From Yuukianura sp. NJ FZ-2021 (taxonomy: Eukaryota), in the NCBI GenBank assembly GCA_046563655.1, contig JAJCTO010000015.1:186001-232747 (forward strand): DNA of 46,747 bases, written 5' to 3'. The notes under the pieces were generated by a model. It did not search any database. It saw only the letters and a program-made list of their open reading frames with translations, and was not told the origin of the DNA. Below are positions 22,501 through 35,493 of the stretch, one piece after another (the stretch's first letter is position 1; every line of letters starts with the position of its first letter). The translations under genes were made by a program, and so were the position numbers.

Positions 22501-25500
22501 TTCCAAAAAGTTAAAAGTTTAGTAGGAAAATCAATCTTTCTAAATAGCATAATTCCAAATTCCAAAAAGTTAAAAGTTTAGTAGGAAAATCACTCCTTCT
22601 AAATAGCATAATTCCAAATTCCAAAAAGTTAAAAGTTTAGTAGGAAAATCACTCCTTCTAAACAGCATAATTCCAAATTCCAAAAAGTTAAAAGTTTAGT
22701 AGGAAAATCACTCTTTCTAAACAGCATAATTCCAAATTCCAAAAAGTTAAAAGTTTAGTAGGAAAATCAATCTTTCTAAATGACATAATTCCAAATTCCA
22801 AAAAGTTAAAAGTGTAGTAGGAAAATCACTCTTTCTAAATAGCATAATTCCAAATTCCAAAAAGTTAAAAGTTTAGTAGGAAAATCACTCTTTCTAAATA
22901 GCATAATTCCAAATTCCAAAAAGTTAAAAGTTTAGTAGGAAAATCACTCCTTCTAAACAGCATAATTCCAAATTCCAAAAAGTTAAAAGTTTAGTAGGAA
23001 AATCACTCCTTCTAAACAGCATAATTCCAAATTCCAAAAAGTTAAAAGTTTAGTAGGAAAATCACTCTTTCTAAACAGCATAATTCCAAATTCCAAAAAG
23101 TTAAAAGTTTAGTAGGAAAATCACTCCTTCTAAACAGCATAATTCCAAATTCCAAAAAGTTAAAAGTTTAGTAGGAAAATCACTCTTTCTAAACAGCATA
23201 ATTCCAAATTCCAAAAAGTTAAAAGTTTAGTAGGAAAATCACTCTTTCTAAATAGCATAATTCCAAATTCCAAAAAGTTAAAAGTGTAGTAGGAAAATCA
23301 CTCTTTCTAAATAGCATAATTCCAAATTCCAAAAAGTTAAAAGTTTAGTAGGAAAATCACTCTTTCTAAATGACATAATTCCAAATTCCAAAAAGTTAAA
23401 AGTTTAGTAGGAAAATCACTCTTTCTAAATAGCATAATTCCAAATTCCAAAAAGTTAAAAGTGTAGTAGGAAAATCATTCTTTCTAAATAGCATAATTCC
23501 AAATTCCAAAACGTTAAAAGTTTAGTAGGAAAATCACTCCTTCTAAACAGCATAATTCCAAATTCCAAAAAGTTAAAAGTTTAGTAGGAAAATCACTCTT
23601 TCTAAATGACATAATTCCAAATTCCAAAAAGTTAAAAGTTTAGTAGGAAAATCACTCTTTCTAAATAGCATAATTCCAAATTCCAAAAAGTTAAAAGTGT
23701 AGTAGGAAAATCATTCTTTCTAAATGACATAATTCCAAATTCCAAAAAGTTAAAAGTGTAGTAGGAAAATCACTCTTACTAAATGACATAATTCCAAATT
23801 CCAAAAAGTTAAAAGTTTAGTAGGAAAATCACTCTTTCTAAATAGCATAATTCCAAATTCCAAAAAGTTAAAAGTTTAGTAGGAAAATCAATCTTTCTAA
23901 ATGACATAATTCCAAATTCCAAAAAGTTAAAAGTTTAGTAGGAAAATCACTCCTTCTAAACAGCATAATTCCAAATTCCAAAAAGTTAAAAGTTTAGTAG
24001 GAAAATCACTCTTTCTAAATAGCATAATTCCAAATTCCAAAAAGTTAAAAGTTTAGTAGGAAAATCACTCTTTCTAAACAGCATAATTCCAAATTCCAAA
24101 AAGTTAAAAGTTTAGTAGGAAAATCACTTCTTCTAAACAGCATAATTCCAAATTCCAAAAAGTTAAAAGTTTAGTAGGAAAATCACTCCTTCTAAACAGC
24201 ATAATTCCAAATTCCAAAAAGTTAAAAGTTTAGTAGGAAAATCACTCTTTCTAAATAGCATAATTCCAAATTCCAAAAAGTTAAAAGTTTAGTAGGAAAA
24301 TCACTCTTTCTAAATAGCATAATTCCAAATTCCAAAAAGTTAAAAGTTTAGTAGGAAAATCACTCCTTCTAAACAGCATAATTCCAAATTCCAAAAAGTT
24401 AAAAGTTTAGTAGGAAAATCACTCTTTCTAAACAGCATAATTCCAAATTCCAAAAAGTTAAAAGTGTAGTAGGAAAATCACTCTTTCTAAATAGCATAAT
24501 TCCAAATTCCAAAAAGTTAAAAGTTTAGTAGGAAAATCACTCCTTCTAAACAGCATAATTCCAAATTCCAAAAAGTTAAAAGTTTAGTAGGAAAATCACT
24601 CTTTCTAAATAGCATAATTCCAAATTCCAAAAAGTTAAAAGTTTAGTAGGAAAATCACTTCTTCTAAACAGCATAATTCCAAATTCCAAAAAGTTAAAAG
24701 TGTAGTAGGAAAATCACTCTTTCTAAATAGCATAATTCCAAATTCCAAAAAGTTAAAAGTTTAGTAGGAAAATCACTCTTTCTAAACAGCATAATTCCAA
24801 ATTCCAAAAAGTTAAAAGTTTAGTAGGAAAATCACTCTTTCTAAATAGCATAATTCCAAATTCCAAAAAGTTAAAAGTTTAGTAGGAAAATCACTCCTTC
24901 TAAACAGCATAATTCCAAATTCCAAAAAGTTAAAAGTTTAGTAGGAAAATCACTCTTACTAAATGACATAATTCCAAATTCCAAAAAGTTAAAAGTTTAG
25001 TAGGAAAATCACTCTTTCTAAATAGCATAATTCCAAATTCCAAAAAGTTAAAAGTTTAGTAGGAAAATCACTCCTTCTAAACAGCATAATTCCAAATTCC
25101 AAAAAGTTAAAAGTTTAGTAGGAAAATCACTCTTTCTAAATAGCATAATTCCAAATTCCAAAAAGTTAAAAGTTTAGTAGGAAAATCATTCTTTCTAAAT
25201 AGCATAATTCCAAATTCCAAAAAGTTAAAAGTGTAGTAGGAAAATCAATCTTTCTAAATGACATAATTCCAAATTCCAAAAAGTTAAAAGTTTAGTAGGA
25301 AAATCACTCTTTCTAAATAGCATAATTCCAAATTCCAAAAAGTTAAAAGTGTAGTAGGAAAATCACTCTTTCTAAATAGCATAATTCCAAATTCCAAAAA
25401 GTTAAAAGTTTAGTAGGAAAATCATTCTTTCTAAATAGCATAATTCCAAATTCCAAAAAGTTAAAAGTTTAGTAGGAAAATCACTCTTTCTAAATAGCAT

Positions 25501-26355
25501 AATTCCAAATTCCAAAAAGTTAAAAGTTTAGTAGGAAAATCACTCTTTCTAAATAGCATAATTCCAAATTCCAAAAAGTTAAAAGTTTAGTAGGAAAATC
25601 ACTCTTTCTAAATAGCATAATTCCAAATTCCAAAAAGTTAAAAGTTTAGTAGGAAAATCACTCCTTCTAAACAGCATAATTCCAAATTCCAAAAAGTTAA
25701 AAGTTTAGTAGGAAAATCACTCTTTCTAAACAGCATAATTCCAAATTCCAAAAAGTTAAAAGTGTAGTAGGAAAATCACTCTTTCTAAATAGCATAATTC
25801 CAAATTCCAAAAAGTTAAAAGTTTAGTAGGAAAATCACTCCTTCTAAACAGCATAATTCCAAATTCCAAAAAGTTAAAAGTGTAGTAGGAAAATCACTCT
25901 TTCTAAATAGCATAATTCCAAATTCCAAAAAGTTAAAAGTTTAGTAGGAAAATCACTTCTTCTAAACAGCATAATTCCAAATTCCAAAAAGTTAAAAGTG
26001 TAGTAGGAAAATCACTCTTTCTAAATAGCATAATTCCAAATTCCAAAAAGTTAAAAGTTTAGTAGGAAAATCACTCTTTCTAAACAGCATAATTCCAAAT
26101 TCCAAAAAGTTAAAAGTTTAGTAGGAAAATCACTCTTTCTAAATAGCATAATTCCAAATTCCAAAAAGTTAAAAGTTTAGTAGGAAAATCACTCCTTCTA
26201 AACAGCATAATTCCAAATTCCAAAAAGTTAAAAGTTTAGTAGGAAAATCACTCTTACTAAATGACATAATTCCAAATTCGATAAAAAAGTTAAAAGTTTA
26301 GTAGGAAAATCACTCTTTCTAAATAGCATAATTCCAAATTCCAAAAAGTTAAAAG
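19536..26355 (-). repeat. 59-bp satellite array, block 3, inverted orientation (~115 copies)
   Basis: Reverse complement of the unit (...CATAATTCCAAATTCCAAAAAGTTAAAAGTTTAGTAGGAAAATCACTC...) from the junction ctacactt|gacataattcc. Confidence 0.99.
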
Positions 26356-26455
26356 NNNNNNNNNNNNNNNNNNNNNNNNNNNNNNNNNNNNNNNNNNNNN
26401 NNNNNNNNNNNNNNNNNNNNNNNNNNNNNNNNNNNNNNNNNNNNNNNNNNNNNNN
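26356..26455. other. Assembly gap (100 N)
   Basis: Run of N. Confidence 0.99.
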
Positions 26456-29400
26456 CTGGGCGATTTCCCTAAAAAACCCACCTCATAAGAATATGAAGCA
26501 ACCAACTGGGCGATTTCCCTAAAAAACCCACCCTCATAAGAATATGAAGCAAACTGGGCGATTTCCTAAAAAACCCACCCTCATAAGAATATGAAGCAAA
26601 CTGGGCGATTTCCTAAAAAACCCACCCTCATAAGAATATGAAGCAAACTGGGCGATTTCCTAAAAAACCCACCCTCATAAGAATATGAAGCAAACTGGGC
26701 GATTTCCTAAAAAACCCACCCTCATAAGAATATGAAGCAAACTGGGCGGGCGATTTCCCTAAAAAAACCCACCCTCATAAGAATATGAAGCAAACTGGGC
26801 GATTTCCCTAAAAAACCCACCCTCATAAGAATATGAAGCAAACTGGGCGATTTCCCTAAAAAACCCACCCTCATAAGAATATGAAGCAAACTGGGCGATT
26901 TCCCTAAAAAACCCACCCTCATAAGAATATGAAGCAAACTGGGCGATTTCCCTAAAAAACCCACCCTCATAAGAATATGAAGCAAACTGGGCGATTTCCC
27001 TAAAAAACCCACCCTCATAAGAATATGAAGCAAACTGGGCGATTTCCCTAAAAAACCCACCCTCATAAGAATATGAAGCAAACTGGGCGATTTCCCTAAA
27101 AAACCCACCCTCATAAGAATATGAAGCAAACTGGGCGATTTCCCTAAAAAACCCACCCTCATAAGAATATGAAGCAAACTGGGCGATTTCCCTAAAAAAC
27201 CCACCCTCATAAGAATATGAAGCAAACTGGGCGATTTCCCTAAAAAACCCACCCTCATAAGAATATGAAGCAAACTGGGCGATTTCCCTAAAAAACCCAC
27301 CCTCATAAGAATATGAAGCAAACTGGGCGATTTCCCTAAAAAACCCACCCTCATAAGAATATGAAGCAAACTGGGCGATTTCCCTAAAAAACCCACCCTC
27401 ATAAGAATATGAAGCAAACTGGGCGATTTCCCTAAAAAACCCACCCTCATAAGAATATGAAGCAAACTGGGCGATTTCCCTAAAAAACCCACCCTCATAA
27501 GAATATGAAGCAAACTGGGCGATTTCCCTAAAAAACCCACCCTCATAAGAATATGAAGCAAACTGGGCGATTTCCCTAAAAAACCCACCCTCATAAGAAT
27601 ATGAAGCAAACTGGGCGATTTCCCTAAAAAACCCACCCTCATAAGAATATGAAGCAAACTGGGCGATTTCCCTAAAAAACCCACCCTCATAAGAATATGA
27701 AGCAAACTGGGCGATTTCCCTAAAAAACCCACCCTCATAAGAATATGAAGCAAACTGGGCGATTTCCCTAAAAAACCCACCCTCATAAGAATATGAAGCA
27801 AACTGGGCGATTTCCCTAAAAAACCCACCCTCATAAGAATATGAAGCAAACTGGGCGATTTCCCTAAAAAACCCACCCTCATAAGAATATGAAGCAAACT
27901 GGGCGATTTCCCTAAAAAACCCACCCTCATAAGAATATGAAGCAAACTGGGCGATTTCCCTAAAAAACCCACCCTCATAAGAATATGAAGCAAACTGGGC
28001 GATTTCCCTAAAAAACCCACCCTCATAAGAATATGAAGCAAACTGGGCGATTTCCCTAAAAAACCCACCCTCATAAGAATATGAAGCAAACTGGGCGATT
28101 TCCCTAAAAAACCCACCCTCATAAGAATATGAAGCAAACTGGGCGATTTCCCTAAAAAACCCACCCTCATAAGAATATGAAGCAAACTGGGCGATTTCCC
28201 TAAAAAACCCACCCTCATAAGAATATGAAGCAAACTGGGCGATTTCCCTAAAAAACCCACCCTCATAAGAATATGAAGCAAACTGGGCGATTTCCCTAAA
28301 AAACCCACCCTCATAAGAATATGAAGCAAACTGGGCGATTTCCCTAAAAAACCCACCCTCATAAGAATATGAAGCAAACTGGGCGATTTCCCTAAAAAAC
28401 CCACCCTCATAAGAATATGAAGCAAACTGGGCGATTTCCCTAAAAAACCCACCCTCATAAGAATATGAAGCAAACTGGGCGATTTCCCTAAAAAACCCAC
28501 CCTCATAAGAATATGAAGCAAACTGGGCGATTTCCCTAAAAAACCCACCCTCATAAGAATATGAAGCAAACTGGGCGATTTCCCTAAAAAACCCACCCTC
28601 ATAAGAATATGAAGCAAACTGGGCGATTTCCCTAAAAAACCCACCCTCATAAGAATATGAAGCAAACTGGGCGATTTCCCTAAAAAACCCACCCTCATAA
28701 GAATATGAAGCAAACTGGGCGATTTCCCTAAAAAACCCACCCTCATAAGAATATGAAGCAAACTGGGCGATTTCCCTAAAAAACCCACCCTCATAAGAAT
28801 ATGAAGCAAACTGGGCGATTTCCCTAAAAAACCCACCCTCATAAGAATATGAAGCAAACTGGGCGATTTCCCTAAAAAACCCACCCTCATAAGAATATGA
28901 AGCAAACTGGGCGATTTCCCTAAAAAACCCACCCTCATAAGAATATGAAGCAAACTGGGCGATTTCCCTAAAAAACCCACCCTCATAAGAATATGAAGCA
29001 AACTGGGCGATTTCCCTAAAAAACCCACCCTCATAAGAATATGAAGCAAACTGGGCGATTTCCCTAAAAAACCCACCCTCATAAGAATATGAAGCAAACT
29101 GGGCGATTTCCCTAAAAAACCCACCCTCATAAGAATATGAAGCAAACTGGGCGATTTCCCTAAAAAACCCACCCTCATAAGAATATGAAGCAAACTGGGC
29201 GATTTCCCTAAAAAACCCACCCTCATAAGAATATGAAGCAAACTGGGCGATTTCCCTAAAAAACCCACCCTCATAAGAATATGAAGCAAACTGGGCGATT
29301 TCCCTAAAAAACCCACCCTCATAAGAATATGAAGCAAACTGGGCGATTTCCCTAAAAAACCCACCCTCATAAGAATATGAAGCAAACTGGGCGATTTCCC

Positions 29401-30201
29401 TAAAAAACCCACCCTCATAAGAATATGAAGCAAACTGGGCGATTTCCCTAAAAAACCCACCCTCATAAGAATATGAAGCAAACTGGGCGATTTCCCTAAA
29501 AAACCCACCCTCATAAGAATATGAAGCAAACTGGGCGATTTCCCTAAAAAACCCACCCTCATAAGAATATGAAGCAAACTGGGCGATTTCCCTAAAAAAC
29601 CCACCCTCATAAGAATATGAAGCAAACTGGGCGATTTCCCTAAAAAACCCACCCTCATAAGAATATGAAGCAAACTGGGCGATTTCCCTAAAAAACCCAC
29701 CCTCATAAGAATACGAAGCAAACTGGGCGATTTCCTAAAAAACCCACCCTCATAAGAATATGAAGCAAACTGGGCGATTTCCCTAAAAAACCCACCCTCA
29801 TAAGAATATGAAGCAAACTGGGCGATTTCCCTAAAAAACCCACCCTCATAAGAATATGAAGCAAACTGGGCGATTTCCCTAAAAAACCCACCCTCATAAG
29901 AATATGAAGCAAACTGGGCGATTTCCCTAAAAAACCCACCCTCATAAGAATATGAAGCAAACTGGGCGATTTCCCTAAAAAACCCACCCTCATAAGAATA
30001 TGAAGCAAACTGGGCGATTTCCCTAAAAAACCCACCCTCATAAGAATATGAAGCAAACTGGGCGATTTCCCTAAAAAACCCACCCTCATAAGAATATGAA
30101 GCAAACTGGGCGATTTCCCTAAAAAACCCACCCTCATAAGAATATGAAGCAAACTGGGCGATTTCCCTAAAAAACCCACCCTCATAAGAATATGAAGCAA
30201 A
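26456..30201. repeat. 48-bp tandem array, ~78 nearly identical copies
   Basis: Unit CTGGGCGATTTCCCTAAAAAACCCACCCTCATAAGAATATGAAGCAAA; irregular only near the contig start and at ~29713-29735. Confidence 0.99.
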
Positions 30202-31245
30202 CCTTTATAGAGCTTTTGGACATATCTCAAACCCCCGACAACAAAAGGTGTAATGCAAAATTTTCTAAAATGTCAAACATAGGCAAACTCATGGCAATGG
30301 CCTTTCTAATCCAGAATCTTGAAAATATAACACTGCATCGACATTCTGAAAAAATAACGTCAACTTGAGAAAAATTGAACTTTGAAGAAATGAACGTGAG
30401 AAAAAAATGACTGTGAGAAAATAACGAAGGTGGGAGAATAAACTGAACTTTGAAAAAAGTGACTGTGGAAAAAAGATTAATATGGTAAAATAAATTGAAC
30501 TTTGAAAAAAAAATGAAGGTGTCAGAATAAACTGAACTTTCAAAAAAATGACTGTAGGAAAAAAATGAAGTCGTGAAAATAAAATGAACTTTGGAAAAAA
30601 GAATGACGGTGGGGAAAAATGATTGTGGGAAAATGATGAAGGTGGGGATATAAAATGAACTTTGAAAAAAAAATGACTGTGGGAAAATGATGAAGGTGGT
30701 GAAATATATTGAACTTTGAAAAAAATCAACGTCGGAAAAAAATGAAGGTGGGAGAATAAAGTGAACTTTGAAAAAAAAATGAATGTGGAAAAAAAATGAA
30801 TATGGGAAAATATAATGGACTCTGAAAAAAAAATGACTATTGGAAAAAATGAAGGTGGGGAAAAAATGACGGTGGGAAAATAAATTGAACTTTGAAATAA
30901 AAATCAACGTCGGAAGAAAATGAAGATGAGACAGTAAAATGAACTTCGAAAAAAAATGACTGTGGGAAAACAAAATGAACTTTGAAAAAAAATGACTGTT
31001 GGAAAAAAATGAATGTGGGAAAACAAAATGAACTTTGGAAAAAAAATGAATGTGGGAAAAAACTGAGCGTGGGAAAAAGTACTTTGAAAACAATTGAACT
31101 TAGAACAAAAAATTAATTTAATTATTAATTTTCTATTTTTTAGCCTCCTTCCCCCCATCCCCCACCTTCCCCGGGCCCCCCTACCCCCCAAACAAACAAC
31201 ACGGGGGGTAGGAGAGCCTGGTGCATAGCTACGGCGTCTCTAAAA
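30183..31245. mobile_element. Putative non-autonomous DNA element (Helitron/Helentron-like) with degenerate internal A-rich repeats
   Basis: No credible coding sequence. About 14 degenerate GAACTTTGAAAAAAAATGA(C/A) modules at 30370-31105; GC hairpin CCTACCCCCC/GGGGGGTAGG at 31180-31212; a second imperfect hairpin at 31212-31240. The family call is inference. Confidence 0.4.
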
Positions 31246-31250
31246 ACCCA

Positions 31251-31317
31251 CACCGCTGGGTGGACTCGAACCACCGTCCATAGTGCTAAACAGGCCCGCT
31301 CTATACCTGTAAGCTAC
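31251..31317 (-). pseudogene. tRNA-Asn-like remnant or tRNA-derived SINE head
   Basis: Minus strand has an A-box-like TAGCTTACAGG, a CTGTTTA loop, a T-arm GGTGG-TTCGAGT-CCACC-CAG and a downstream T5. The acceptor stem does not pair. Confidence 0.6.
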
Positions 31318-31562
31318 TATGCCAACACTGAAAGCAAAGGAATCAAAACTTGTATTTATGTTGTGTTTTTTCGCAAAAAAAATCATGTTTTTTGCAAAAA
31401 AAACGCCAAAATCCATCGATAGGCGAGATTTTGGTGTCAAAATCGATACTATTTTAAATTTCCGATCTTTTGACACCAAATTCGGCCATCTCCGAAACGT
31501 TTTTCCGACGAAAAAAGCGTTTTTTTCACAATAGCGTTAAGACAATAGAGCTAAACGTCATC

Positions 31563-32360
31563 TTAAAATTCTGGAATACGTAATACGGCAAAGAACTAAT
31601 CAATTACAAGTCGAGATAACGTATTCCAGAATTTTAATTTGCATAGTTACTGAATAATTAAGCAAAAACTGAATTTGAGGACAATAGGCGCTAATTAGCT
31701 TAATTATGCAAATTAAAATTCTGGAATACGTCATTTGGCAAAGAACTAATCGATTACAAGCTGATATAACACATTTCAGGATTTTAAATCGATTACTTTA
31801 GGCGTAATCAGCAATCGTAGAAATCGCAAGTACTGGCGATCAAGATTTTGGTTCAATAGTGAAAAATGAAGCTAATTAAGCACTTTAAAACTCCGGAATA
31901 CGTTATATGGGAAAGAACTAATCAATTACAAGTCGATTTAACACATTTCAGGATTTTAAATCGATTACTCTACGAGTAATCTGCAATCGCAGACATCGCA
32001 GGTACATGCGATCGTGAGTTTGGCACAAAAGTGAAAATTAAAGCTAATTAAGCATTTTAAAACTCTGGAATACGTTATACGGCAAAGAACCAATCGATTA
32101 CAAGCTGACATAACACATTTCAGGATTTTAAATCGATTACTTAAGGTGTAATCAGCAATCGTAGTTATCGCAAGTAGCTGCGACCATGGTTTTGGTACAA
32201 TAGTAGAAATTAGGCTAATTACGCATGTTAAAACTCCGGAATACGTTATATCACAAAGAATACATTATGTTACATGTCAGATAACAAATCCCGGAGTTCT
32301 ATATGCTTTAATTAAAGAGTAATCAGCAATCGTAGATATCGCAAGTACTCGCGATGACTA
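31563..32360. repeat. ~150-172-bp diverged tandem repeat (5 copies) with internal inverted repeats
   Basis: AAAAYTCYGGAATACGT...AAAGAA at ~31565, 31714, 31887, 32059 and 32230; perfect 19-bp inverted repeat at 31563-31581 and 31619-31637. Confidence 0.85.
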
Positions 32361-32767
32361 TTATGACACATTTCAGAGGATTAGCCCTCCGCATTCACAA
32401 AAAAAGAAGTTGTGGAGGAAGTTTTGTCCACTCGTCGGTCCGCACCAGGAATTGAGATTCACATAAATACTGCAGAGGAGTAAGATCCAACTCCTCCAAG
32501 GGGTAAATCCAACTCCTCTCGCTCTCATATAAAATGGAAGTCAAGCCAAAATCACTTCATTCTACAGCCACAAGAACAAAAAACGAGAATCTAAAGTTGT
32601 TTAATTAAGGGTCGTACTAAGATTAATTGAGTTCCGGTTAATCTTAAAGCATCACAACTACATCGCTTCAGGTAAACCCATTGTGTGTATCTAACTGGAT
32701 AGTCAAAGTGCTTCCATGTTAGTCCTTATTGAATGTTTGTTTACTAATGTGTTGTTGATTAGTGACA

Positions 32768-34857
32768 ATGAGCGGTGTTCCCGGTGAGGGGAGTGGAGTG
32801 ACGAATGTTACATCTGATGGACATGGCCACTACGTTGTCTTCCATCATCCGCACCAAGATCAAGTGACAGTGGACGCTGGTCAGATTCACCTCAACACAC
32901 AACTGCAACCTAATCCTCCACCCATCAACGAAACAGTGGTGGGTTCCGCTAAAGTCAACTACGCAACACTCTCCTCCGTTCCCAATTTCCAGCAAATGAA
33001 CAACATTTACATGGAGGGGTTGCCTGGCAACTTGGACGCTGCATCAGGAACGGTAGTTGTGGGCTCGGATAACCAATTGTACAACATTCAAAACAACGGA
33101 GACACTCTGCTCTTCTGCCCCTCCACTCCAGACCATGGACCTCTCAATCTCATGCCGCTTATTGCGAGTGCGCGCATGCGCCAGCTGATTTACTTTTAAA
33201 AATTAAATTTTTAGTTGTTTTGTTGATTTCTTTTCCGTAGTTTCCAGTGGGGGAGGTTCTGGCTGGGAACGACGTCTACGAACTGATTGCTCTTCCCTCT
33301 GATTCCTCAATCACCTCATTCACCGACCAACCAATCCTCAACCTGGCAAGTGGAGGAAACTACGGACAAATCCTTCCGATTTCCCAGCAACAGGATCCCA
33401 ACACCCAGTACGTGTTCAGTGTTCAGGATGAGCATGGAATGGCCACTGTGAGTACTGTTGGACTACAACATCCTGTCCCTCTCTCTGTTGTGGACAGCTC
33501 TTCCATTCTCACATTCGTCCCAGCCTCAACAGTCACTACAATTGTTAGTCCAAATTATAGTTCGGTCCTTTTATCAACTTCAATAATTTTACTATCATAT
33601 TTTTCCCAGGCACCATCCGTTGTTTCACAAATTGACACCGTCACTCCTTCGACACAGCAAGCAAAGGCCCAACGTACTTATATCACCGTTGTGGATGATT
33701 TCAGCGATCTAATTAAAACTGAAGAGACTGGAAGCGGGAACAGGACGTGGGGATTTGTTGATGAGGAGCAGGACGGACTTAGTTTCAGTGTGGAATCACA
33801 AGGACATGCTGAGGAAGAAGGTGCCTCACAGTTTGAAGGTGGGGATGCTGAAGACTCCAAGGACTCTGTGGAGATCATCGAACAGGAAACTGTTGGTGCT
33901 TCCAGTGAAAATGGAGGTGGACTTAGTTCAGTCAAAAGCAGCCTCTATGACCAGATCCAGTCAGCATTCCACGGGATAGACGGAAATCCAGTGGAGCAGA
34001 GCATCCGAGTCATGGTGGATGGGCAGTACTACGAAGAAATAAGTGTGAGGCACTCAGCTGACACTCTTCTTCCCACTATCCCAACAAATATTGGATTCAA
34101 CTTTGATTCAACGACGGTCAGTTCATATTTAAAAGAAACAGTATTTCCATCAACAACTTTTAATTTTTTTGTACTTGTACAGATAAAGAAGATTTCGTTT
34201 CCAGTTTCCACTTCTTTTCAAAATAGAACTCGTCTCCCCCAGTTGAAAATTGGAGGAATTCTGCCCAAAGGTCCCACTCAACTCCGCCCAAAGTCTCTGC
34301 CGTCTCTGTCGAAAAGACCAGTAAGTCTCTGGATTCTGTTCAACTTTCTTAACTTGAACTCCTTTCTTGTTAATTTTCCAGCCTCAATCAGTCCTTTCCA
34401 CTGGTCCGAAGAATCTGAGTGATTTCACAACCATTACTTTGAGGAATAGCATGGAGAAGGCAACTTTGGAACTTCCTCCAGCTCCTGTTCTCGTGGAAGA
34501 ACGAAAGGAAAGGTAACCCACCAAAATAGAATTAATTGTTCCAAGTCATTTCACTTTTCCTCTTGTTTTGATTTTAGATTAGAGCATCAACGCCGAGTGA
34601 GAGTTCCTCTATCGGCAGTCCGAAGGCTGTGAGGAAGTTCGAGTACAGAACCATGCGTTACGTCAAAGAAGGAGGAGAGTTGTCACTTGTGGAACATTCA
34701 AACCGCTGAGCCTGAAGAGGAAAACAGAAACTGTTCCTAAGTCTACGGATGGAGATGGGAAGAAGTCATTGACTTACTGGCCCTGCAGGAAACAAACTCC
34801 AAGTCAGCTCCATCCAGATTCTTCCGCCAACCAGCCTTTCCTGGTCCAAATCCCTTC
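32768..34857 (+). CDS. Multi-exon eukaryotic gene of unknown function (low-complexity S/T/Q/E-rich), probably 3'-truncated or chimeric
   Basis: Open frames separated by ~60-75-nt AT-rich GT..AG introns (acceptors ~33240, 33609, 34181, 34381, 34583; donors ~34118, 34321, 34512). TATAAAA at ~32528 and an upstream donor at ~32672. Exon boundaries are approximate. Confidence 0.55.
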
Positions 34858-34948
34858 GTAACTTTATTTTCCAACAACTAAACTAACTAAACATACTACT
34901 TTGCTAATCTTGTATTTTTAAGAATCGGGATGATGCTGGAAGCAGTGG

Positions 34949-35265
34949 ATACTCAAAGTAACGATTGAGCGGCATCCAGTTCGGTTTTTTGTCCACAAAC
35001 GACCACACGTCGACTACTTCCTGGATGTCGTAAGTTTTAATGCATAAAAGACAACATGCATGATAACAGATGAATTCCTTTGCGTAGGTTTCCAAATGGT
35101 TCGAGTTGGTCGTGTTCACTGCCTCAATGGACATCTACGGTGCAGGTATGTTTATTCAAAATTAAATTCGGATTTAGAGTGGAATTTGTAAGTAGGATAA
35201 AGTTAATTAAGTTGTGAATTTGAAAACAGGAGTTTCGGATGAAGTGGACAAGGGGAGGAGGATAC
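34949..35265 (+). pseudogene. CTDNEP1: Internal fragment of CTD nuclear envelope phosphatase 1 (dullard) retaining two introns
   Basis: Exons 34949-35029 ([27 protein letters not shown]), 35088-35145 (VSKWFELVVFTASMDIYGA) and 35230-~35265 (GVSDEVDKGRRI). The catalytic DLDET motif and the C-terminus are absent. Confidence 0.85.
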
Positions 35266-35493
35266 GGTCTCTGTCCATCATTTGTGCATTTCGTTCTTTG
35301 CGAGTAACAAGGAAGAAACGTGTTTCGGTGTTACTGGTCTACTGGTCGTGGTCAACGATTTACTAGGTAAGCACTAATTCATTCTTACGAGTAACTACCG
35401 ACTCATGAACCATTCAAATGGTTTCATTCGTATCCTATTGCTGTCCAGGTCCCTTAAGAAGTCCTTTCTTTCATCAAATCCAGAAACTTCAAA

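Noticed and set aside
3356..30201. CRISPR-like array interpretation of the 59-bp or 48-bp repeats
   Set aside because: There are no unique spacers or cas genes, and the context is eukaryotic.
26722..30230. 999-aa and 175-aa ORFs made of (LLHILMRVGFLGKSPS)n
   Set aside because: These are a by-product of a 48-bp unit divisible by 3 with no stop in one frame. There is no synonymous variation, and indels break the frame.
30227..31191. Phe-rich 288-, 146- and 95-aa ORFs
   Set aside because: They are translations of the T-rich strand of degenerate repeats.
31251..31323. Functional tRNA-Asn gene
   Set aside because: The acceptor stem does not pair and the anticodon stem is defective.
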